A stretch of DNA of 52,788 nt from Pseudogymnoascus verrucosus (Eukaryota): NCBI GenBank assembly GCA_001662655.1, contig KV460266.1; one strand, written 5' to 3'. Shown here one piece after another: positions 44,630 through 52,788 of the stretch; within the stretch, counting starts at the first letter, position 1; each line of letters opens with the position of its first letter. The notes below the pieces were generated by a model. It was not told where the DNA came from. It did not search any database and saw nothing but the letters and a program-made list of their open reading frames with translations. The position numbers and the translations under genes are program-made.

Positions 44630-46651
44630 ATGGACTCCACCACCTCCAACCCTGGTGGCCACCCAAACCAAACCACCACCTCCCAACAAGACCAACAGCC
44701 CTCCATGCCTTCCTCAGACCTCACCTCCATCCCCGGCCTAGGCGCCATCCCCGGCCTCGGCTCCGCACCTCCCCCATCCGCCCCCTCGCAGACCACCTCG
44801 ATTTCACACCCCGCCCCCTCCACAGCCGCCACCACCGAAGCCAAGCCAGAGCCACGCGATGAAGGACCCTCCGTCACAAACGCCCTAGAAGCAATGCTAG
44901 GCGGTCTCTCCCCCGAGTCCTCCACCAGCCCTCTGACAACAGACACCCCCCTCCAATCCGTCCCCGCCGCGGAGGTGCCAGAGGATATAAAGATGGAAGA
45001 TACCAAGATGGAAGACCCCCACACCTCCCTCCCCCCCGCGCAAATCCCAGAGGGAGGAGTAGTCACAACAGCATCCGACGACGCAGCGATGATGGATTAC
45101 ATCCCCCCCACCAACCCTACCACCGACTCCGCCGCCGCCGAAGACCAAGAAGGCGGCCCCGCAGAATTCGAAGCCGATTCCTCACCCTACGAATCCTCCT
45201 CCGACTCTTCAGATTCCTCCGACTCCTCAGACGAAGATAGCGATGACGAAGATGCATATAACCTCCTCTCCCCCGCCGAACAAGCGCGCATCCTGATGCT
45301 CGGGGACGGCGGCTCCGACGACGAAGGCGGTGGGAAGGGTGGGAAATCCAGCGGTAATCAACTACGCACCAAGAACGAGGTTCCTGAGGAGGTGATTCCC
45401 AAGCCGGACGTGGTGTTAGCGGCTGATACGCCGGTGACGGAGTTGGGGAGCGTGACGTCGATTGTGGATACGATGGTTCTTATTGCCGCTACGACGTCTG
45501 GGGAGTTTAGGGTGTTGGAGTCGGGGTCATTATTGTGTCTAGAGGACAGGAGCGTCATCGGTGTAGTCGCCGAAACCCTCGGACGAGTCCAAGAACCCCT
45601 CTACGTCGTCCGCTTCACTTCCCCCCCCGACATCACCGCCGCGGGTCTCGAAAAGGGAACAAAAATCTACTACCCCGAAACCCACGCGACATTCGTCTTC
45701 ACGGCCGCGCTGAAGGCGTATAAGGGCTCTGATGCGTCGAATTTACATGATGAGGAGGTGGGGGATGAGGAGATGGAGTTCTCGGATGATGAGAAGGAGA
45801 TGGAACATAAACGCCGCGTCAAAGCCAAGAAACTCGAGAAACGCGGTATCCTCCCATCCGCTGGTGGGAGGGGAGGAAGGGGAGGGAGAGGAGAACACCC
45901 GTTGAGAAAAGAGGGGTTGAGTTATGACGACGAAGAAGAAGGACCGTATCGTCCCCTTGCTCGCCCGACAGGATTCGCATCCTCAGCTGGTCGTAGTGAA
46001 GCACCCGAGGAATCACCACGGGGTTACAACGCCCCCGCCCCTTCACGTGGTGATCGCGGCGGGAGGGGGAGAGGCGGTGATCGTGGACGAGGCGACCGTG
46101 GACGTGGAAGAGGTGGACGAGACAGCCAGGGCCGCGATGGACAGCAAGCACCGCGCTACCCACCCGCCCCAGCAGATGCACCCCAAGATCCGCGCAAGAT
46201 GGGCGGAGGATTCGGGTTTAACCCGCAGCAGTTCCCACCACAACCCTTCCCATTCCAACAATTTGGACAACAGCAGCCACAATCCCCAGGTCAAGGTTTC
46301 CCGGGTCAGGGACAGCAGCAGCAGCAGTTCCCATACCCCTACGGCATGCCACCCCAACCCTGGGGCGGTCCTCAGATTCCGGGTGGTGCATTTCTCAACC
46401 CCGCTTTCTTCGGCGCGCAACAACAACAGCAGCCACAACAGCAAGGACAGCAACCACAGCAGCAACAACAGTGGACACCACCAACGAACATGACTCCCCC
46501 CATCCCCGGGCAGTTCGGGGGATGGACACCACCACCACCACCGCAGATGGGACAGCAACAGCAGCAGACTCCTGAAGCAGCACGAGCAGTAGCGGAGATG
46601 CAGGAGAGGTTACGTGTGCTACGGGAGGGTGGGCAGCAGGGACAGCAGTAG
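44630..46651 (+). CDS. NAF1: H/ACA snoRNP assembly factor Naf1 (Gar1/Naf1 domain)
   Basis: Single 673-aa ORF. Acidic S/D tract, 'LRTKNE', 'VLESGSLLCLEDRSVIGVVAETLGRVQEPLYVVRF', 'KGSDASNLHDEEV..EFSDDEKE', RGG boxes and a Q/P-rich tail. Confidence 0.92.
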   Translation: MDSTTSNPGGHPNQTTTSQQDQQPSMPSSDLTSIPGLGAIPGLGSAPPPSAPSQTTSISHPAPSTAATTEAKPEPRDEGPSVTNALEAMLGGLSPESSTSPLTTDTPLQSVPAAEVPEDIKMEDTKMEDPHTSLPPAQIPEGGVVTTASDDAAMMDYIPPTNPTTDSAAAEDQEGGPAEFEADSSPYESSSDSSDSSDSSDEDSDDEDAYNLLSPAEQARILMLGDGGSDDEGGGKGGKSSGNQLRTKNEVPEEVIPKPDVVLAADTPVTELGSVTSIVDTMVLIAATTSGEFRVLESGSLLCLEDRSVIGVVAETLGRVQEPLYVVRFTSPPDITAAGLEKGTKIYYPETHATFVFTAALKAYKGSDASNLHDEEVGDEEMEFSDDEKEMEHKRRVKAKKLEKRGILPSAGGRGGRGGRGEHPLRKEGLSYDDEEEGPYRPLARPTGFASSAGRSEAPEESPRGYNAPAPSRGDRGGRGRGGDRGRGDRGRGRGGRDSQGRDGQQAPRYPPAPADAPQDPRKMGGGFGFNPQQFPPQPFPFQQFGQQQPQSPGQGFPGQGQQQQQFPYPYGMPPQPWGGPQIPGGAFLNPAFFGAQQQQQPQQQGQQPQQQQQWTPPTNMTPPIPGQFGGWTPPPPPQMGQQQQQTPEAARAVAEMQERLRVLREGGQQGQQ

Positions 46652-46762
46652 GGTATTTGGGTATACAGTGAACAGGAGGAGGAGGGGTGTATGAGTAGAA
46701 CAGAATTAGAAAGGAGATATAAATATTATCATCCACAGCATGAGCTTTTACACCCCCTTGAT

Positions 46763-46843
46763 CACGTGACATTGTTAAACTCATGCACGTGGTCACATCA
46801 ACTTTCTTTACCACGTGACTACACGATTTCACAGTTGCACGTG
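46763..46843. promoter_or_regulatory. Cluster of four evenly spaced CACGTG E-boxes
   Basis: CACGTG at 46763, 46786, 46812 and 46838 (spacing 23, 26, 26 bp). Confidence 0.5.
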
Positions 46844-49451
46844 ATCATCTCCCTTCCTCGCTTTCGGTATTCGGGGTCTTCGGTCGGTCGGTTCGGGCCC
46901 CATCCCATCCCATCATCCTCTCCACCCACCCATCCCATCCCATCCACCCTCCGGTCCAGAAATAAAAACTCACTCCCCCCCCTCTCTCCTCTCGCTTAGA
47001 AGTCTACACTGCAAGGTACGACATCCTAAGGAACGCACTTACTACACCCATCCTAGCTTCTTCACACTCACTCGCTGGGATGGAGAGGAAGAGAGAGGAA
47101 AGAGCACGGAGAGGGCGTCAGTGGCGCTGAGATGGGGGATGATCGTTATCTTACTATCGGCGCAGCGGGGGATGGGGCGGGTAGGTGAAACGTGCTAGTT
47201 GGGGTGGTATTTCCACTGGCAAGTACGTACCTGTCCTTACTGTCTGGGAGAAAGAGATGAGAGGGCAGAGTAGAAGGGGGGGAAAGTGATGGGGGAGGTG
47301 ATGTACAGTAAGGAAGGTACTTCGCCGGATTATGTGTCGGTATATTACTTTCGAGGTGGGATTGGTGGTGCTTATGCCGTGGAAAGTGGATGGGGAGTGG
47401 ATGGGGAAGGGTGGGTTGAGGTGGTAGCCGTGGTGGTGATGGATGTGGGATTAAGGTGGTAGCCGGTGATGATGGCGATGACGCTCCCAAAACTGACCTG
47501 TCTAACTGTGATACCGTTGAGTTTTTGTAGCGGTGCGCTGCGGTGTGGTGCAGTGAAGTGCAGTAAGAAGTGCAGGAAGTGCGTGCAGTGCAGTGCAGTT
47601 CGATCTGTCTGTCTGTCACACACTCGATCAATACATACAGCTGTACAGCAGTCGATCAGCCGTCGTACATACAGTAGTGTTAGTAGTGTTAGTAGTGTTA
47701 AGAAGTCGAGTCCAGTCGAGTTGCATTGGTCGTACATTTAGTCTAGATAGATATCTCGTGTCTTCCCTTAACCCTTACCCTACTTACTCTTCGTACTACG
47801 CCATCCATCTATCTACTCACCTTCACCTTCACCTGGACTAGATTGGACTGTTGACCGTGAACTGTATGTCTCGCTCACCACGGTCTTGCCACGGTCGCGC
47901 GCGCGACGGGTATAGGGCTGTCTGTCTCTCGCGTTGTGGTGGCGGGTAGATGTCTCTCTCTCGTGTCTCTCGTCGGAGGGAGACCTGTGTCGTGCAGTAC
48001 AGGCGGGTGGTGTTTCTAGGTTATCAATCAGTGGTAGGGGGGTGTAACTAGCTCTGTACTCTCTTCTAGCTGTCCTTTATTTCGTAGAGGTGAGGTGATG
48101 TGGAAGTGGTAGAAGTGGTGGAAGTGGAAGGTGGGTGGTTGAGTGGTGTGTGGGATTCTGTTGTGTGATCTTTGGTGTGTGGTACAGTTCAGTTACAGTA
48201 GAAGAAAGGTGTGTGAGTTTATGTGTGTACCCTCATCCCTCATCCCACCCCTCTGTCTTCCCTCCCTCTCTCTCCCCTTCCACCTCTCCCACCACCCCTC
48301 TCTGTTCCCTAATCCTCCCTCTGCTCCTCCCAATCACCACCCACCCCTCCCGTCCGTCCATCCAGGTACCAATCCTGAAACACAAAACACACCACTCCCC
48401 ATCCAGCCTAGGCCCCCCACCTAGCATCTCTACCCTGCCCCACCCCTCCCTAGCGTCAGGAACAACCATATGACAGACCTCGCGCCCCGCCCGGCCAAAC
48501 CCCCTCCTCCCTCCCATTGGCTCCTTTCTGTCCGCCTTGCACCTCTTTGCCCCCTGTCACATCCCACTGAGCTGTCTTGGCGCGTCCCTTTCAACCCCTG
48601 TCTATTTTCACTCTTCCCCCTGTTATCATCTCATCCCTCACGTCTTCCCTTGCCATTGGGATTCGGTGGCTGTGAGGTCCCTGCCAATCAAGGCAACCCT
48701 GTCGTTGTGTTAGTAGTGTTAGTATTAGTAGTAGTGTTACCAGTAGTGTACCTGTTCTTCCACACCGGCCGAACGAACCAATCGCCGTGGGGTGCGAGGT
48801 GGGATTGCACGTTAGACCTGACATGCGCCCACACCTTCTTGCGCCTATTTTTGACCGGCTGGTGAATTCAGGTACGGACGGGGGGTAATTTGCACAATAA
48901 TCCTCTGGGGAGGGGGGGCAATCCACTCTGCAATTCACTCACCCGCCCGCTCACTCACGCTCTTTCTACCCGTTCATATTACCCTTTCACTACTCTACTC
49001 TATCCTACCTACACTCTTTCACTCTCTTTCATCCTCGCCGTCGCGATCGAGTTGTTGTTGTCTGTCGTTCATTCATTCATTCATTCTTTTTCAAAGTCAC
49101 CGACGCACGCATCTCAACTGTTTTATACACACGGTTCTGTCTTATCCTCTTTGATTTAGAGGAAGGAAGTTACCCTGTTGATTGATCGATTACTTCTCGT
49201 CGCCGGATCGTCGCTCATTTTATTGGATTGTTACTGTACTGCGAAAAGAAGGGAAACAATTCACCTCGACTACTACTACGTTCTGTGAACAGACACAAGT
49301 GTTCTTCCACCTTACCACGCCCGATCCTTCTTAAAAGAGACATTGTCTACGAGTTGTGTTCTGCGAACATACACGACTATCACAACCCAGGACTACAATC
49401 CGTGTCCCAAAAACACACTCTCTCTTTCAAACCCCCCCACAAACCATCACA

Positions 49452-51693
49452 ATGGTCCACCAACACCACCGTCACCTCCACGGCGCCCGCGACTTCAGCG
49501 ACTTCCTCGACGACCTAGGAAACGCCGTCGGCCTGGGCAACAGCGAAGACAAAGCCGCAAAGCGCGAGGGCAGCACCCGCTACGTCTACGTTACCCAGTC
49601 CCCAACCTTCACCGACCCCGTCGCCGGCTACTCGACCTCCATGCCCGGCAGCGGCGACACATCCACCCCCGTCCTCGTCGACTCCTCCACGCCGAAGCCA
49701 ACCCCCAAATCCACCTCCACCCCCGCCAAGCCGACCACAACCGCGCAGAAGCCGAAGACGACGCCCACACCGACCGCCCTCTCGGGACTCCCCGATTCAA
49801 TCGTCCCCAGCTCCACAGTCGGTACGTCTAACTCGGAAGTCCTCCTCGCCTCGCAGACAGAAGCAACCTCCGAAACCTCCACCCCAACATTCTCCCCCTC
49901 CTCCACCCCCACCGCCATCGCCGACAACGCCGCCTCCAGCGGCATGACCGGCGGCGCCAAAGCCGGGTTGGCAATCGGAATCATTGTCGTGATCGCCGCC
50001 ATCCTCTCTCTAATCTTCTTCTGTTTCCGCCAGCGCAAGAAGGCCGAGGAGCGCGAACGCATGGACGACGAGAAATTCACCAACGTCCCACCCCCCTCCG
50101 CCGCCGCCGCCGCTGGTGGTCCAGCAAGCATGGCCGGCCTCAAGCGTCTTTCCACCGCGCCGAGATTGGATGTCCGTCCTACCACCGCATTCTTCATGCC
50201 CAACCGCGCGAGCCAGATGCAGAACCCCAACGCCGCGAACGGGAACGGTATCCAAATGACCTCTCAAAACCGCGGCATGGAGCAGAACCGCGCGAACCCC
50301 TTCGGAAACCACGCTGAATCCATCGACCCCGTCAACGCTGCCGGTCCCTCTGTCGTCAACGGCGTGTCCGCTGCTGGCGTCGTCGTCGCCGGCGCAGCGC
50401 CTGTTCGCAGCACCTCGAGGGGTGCGCAGAATAAGTACAATGGTAACAAATCCGCGCAATCTCCCTTCAGTGATGCGGCGCGCACGGATGGGAATAGAGC
50501 TATGAACACGAGTCAGCAGATGCACAACACCGGTGTCATGCCACAGCCGTTGGCGGGTGTGATTGAGGAGTCTGGGAGTGGGCCGGTTTCGCCGACTTCG
50601 GCTGCGGCGGCGGTTGTTGGTGCGGGTGCGGTGACGACGAGTGGTGCGGCGAGTAATACGAATTTGTATCGTGTGCATCTCGATTTCACGCCTTCGATGC
50701 CGGATGAGTTGAGGGTTAGGGCGGGAGAGATTGTCAAGTTGTTGAAGGAGTTTGATGATGGATGGGTGAGTCTCATTTTTATTTTTACCGTTTCCCCCCT
50801 TTCTCTACCATCCCACCTTTCTTTCCCATTTTCCCCTTTTCCACTTTCCAACCTTCAACCTATCAAACCCGTGATAAGATCCTCATACTAACGAACTACA
50901 GTGCATGTGCATCAAAGAAGACGGCTCCTCCGAGGGCGTCCTCCCCCGAACATGCATCTCCAACTCCCCCATCGCCGCCCGCCGCTCCCCCTCCAACAAA
51001 TCCGTACCCGGCCCCTTCCAGAATGGTCAGCGCCGCCACTCCCCCACCAGCTCCAACGCTCCTCTTTATCCTTCCATCCAAAATCAAGGTCCAAACCAAC
51101 AGCAAGGCCAGCAGCAAGGACAGCAAGGTCCCAACCAAGGCCAAGGCATGAACCAAAACCGCGCCGGACCACCAATGAACGGCAACGGCCGCGGCCCACA
51201 ATACCGCCCTCAACAACAGGGACCGAATGGGCAGGGACGACCACAGCAGGGACGTCCTCAGGGACCAAACCAACAGGGTGGACGACCGATGTCTCCCGCT
51301 ATGTCAGCCAACGGCCGCAATTCCCCGGGGCCAGGTAACTACGGTCCTGGTCCACAATACCGCCCTCAACAAGGCCCTGGGCCAATGTCGCCGCGTGGTC
51401 CTCCTCAACAGCAGCAGCAACAGCAAGCCCAGCAGGGTCAGAGACAGGGATCGTCTAGCCCGCCTCCACATGCTATCTCACCCTCCTCCCCCTCGTCGTC
51501 CGCGGCGCAGGTGGGTAGTTCGAGTCCGGTAGCTGCGGCGGTGCCACTGCCTAGCAGTCCCGCCTTGTCGCAAGCCAGCAGTGGGTTCTCGATCCCGGAG
51601 GTGACTATTACTGCGCCTTCTGGACCGGCGCCGGTGGTGGTGGAGAGGAAACCGGTTGGTGGAGTTGGGAGGAAACCAGTTCCGGGGAATTAG
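49452..51693 (+). CDS. Fus1-like single-pass membrane protein: Ser/Thr-rich ectodomain, TM helix, cytoplasmic SH3 domain, Q/P/G-rich tail
   Basis: ATG 49452. TM 'AKAGLAIGIIVVIAAILSLIFFCFRQRKK'. The SH3 'LYRVHLDFTPSMPDELRVRAGEIVKLLKEFDDGW^CMCIKEDGSSEGVLPRTCIS' is completed by intron 50766-50901. Confidence 0.85.
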
Positions 51694-52446
51694 ATCCTGT
51701 TCTGTTCCGTGGGTGGTAGATGGGCGGTGTTGATGTTTTGAGATGATGGTGGTGGGATGGGAGTTTTGTGGATGGATGAGGTGGTGGGATGGATGGTGTA
51801 TGGTGTTTACTCTTGTCGGCGTTGCTGACGTTTTCTTCTCTTACCCCCTTTTTTTTTGTTTGTTCCCCCGACACACAAGCTTTTTTCTTTCTTGTTCACT
51901 TTTTTTCATGATGTGGATGTATGGCTTTTTTACAGCTTTTCGTCGCGGCTTTTTGTCGCTCCTATTTTTTCCAGAGATGATGTATGTTCGATTCTTGGGG
52001 ATGAGGGTTGTTTAATGTTTTATGTATCTCGATGAGTAGGGGGGGGGGGGGAGGTACTATTTTACTTATTTCTACGGGGAGAGATGGGATCAGATGGGTA
52101 GCGTGAGATAGGGATCTTACGGTCTCTTATCTCCCTACTCTCGTCTGGATCTCGGGAAGAGGCTGGGGACCTTATTTACCTTACTTTTTCGTTCTTGGGG
52201 ATGGCTTGGCTTTGGGGATGGCTTTTTATTTGCTGTGTTGTGGGGGGGAAAAGGGGGGAGAAGAGAAGAAGAGATGGGGGAGTAGGAGAGAAGTGAAAAG
52301 GGGTTTATAGGAGAGAAATAGGGGGAAGTAGGAGAAGAGAAAAGAAAAGAATCTTGTTGATTACACATACACCTCTCTGACTTACACATATCCATCCATC
52401 TCTATACGTGCCTGTCATGTCCCATGTCCATCTACCCATCCATCAC

Positions 52447-52492
52447 AATCCCAATCCCAATCCCAATCCCGATCCCAATCCCAATCCCAATC
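52447..52492. repeat. (CCCAAT)n microsatellite
   Basis: About 7 tandem units of aatccc with one variant unit. Confidence 0.8.
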
Positions 52493-52739
52493 CCCACCTC
52501 GCCCTCCTAGCTCATCCATCCCCGAACTCCGAAAATAGGGGTAGCGTAGCGTGCTGAGGAGGTAGACTTGTACAAGGTGAGAAGGGGGGGGGGGGGGTGG
52601 GGTATAAAACCCCGGCCAGGACACGACATGACATGAAGATCGTGGCGAAGTAACTGGATGATAAGAGAGGATTATGCCGTCCTCCGTCGTCCGTCTTCCG
52701 ACTGAACTGGTAAGACGTAAATAGTAGGGTGTGGTTGTG

Positions 52740-52788
52740 GTGGGGGGGGGGGGGGGGAGGGGGGAGGAGGGGGGGGGGGTTGGGGGGG
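52740..52788. repeat. Poly-G tract at the window end
   Basis: Long G homopolymer runs. Confidence 0.7.

Noticed and set aside
48376..48382. TGAAACA pheromone-response element upstream of the Fus1-like gene
   Set aside because: A single copy in 2.8 kb could easily occur by chance.
52447..52788. Telomere-like end (CCCAAT repeats, G runs)
   Set aside because: The unit is not TTAGGG/CCCTAA and the array is short and internal; more likely a microsatellite plus homopolymer or assembly edge.

Overview
Eukaryotic, intron-containing DNA from a filamentous ascomycete. GT/AG introns with CTRAC branch sites and a RIP-like repeat are seen directly; gene content and style suggest a Leotiomycete such as Pseudogymnoascus, which is inference. 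I can model about 16 protein genes by hand. In order: the 3' part of a NACHT-ankyrin NLR-like gene, TAM41, L-2-hydroxyglutarate dehydrogenase, a conserved coiled-coil protein, a CYSTM peptide, a PH-domain protein, GCP6, EAF7, carnitine acetyltransferase, SYP1, a Csk1/Cak1-like kinase, an AKR7 reductase, a HeLo-like/membrane-domain fusion, ALG9, NAF1 and a Fus1-like TM-SH3 protein. Structure not visible in the ORF track: (1) a 475-bp hAT-type MITE with 11-bp TIRs and a perfect 8-bp TSD; (2) a tRNA-like Pol III element with a non-canonical anticodon arm inside the long second intron of the kinase gene; (3) a gene joining a STAND N-terminal HeLo-like domain to a membrane-anchored domain with no NACHT, in an AT-richer accessory block; (4) evenly spaced motif clusters (4x CACGTG, 4x CCCTAGT); (5) alternating C-rich and G-rich blocks inside coding sequences. 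All family assignments come from motif recognition by eye; no searches were run.
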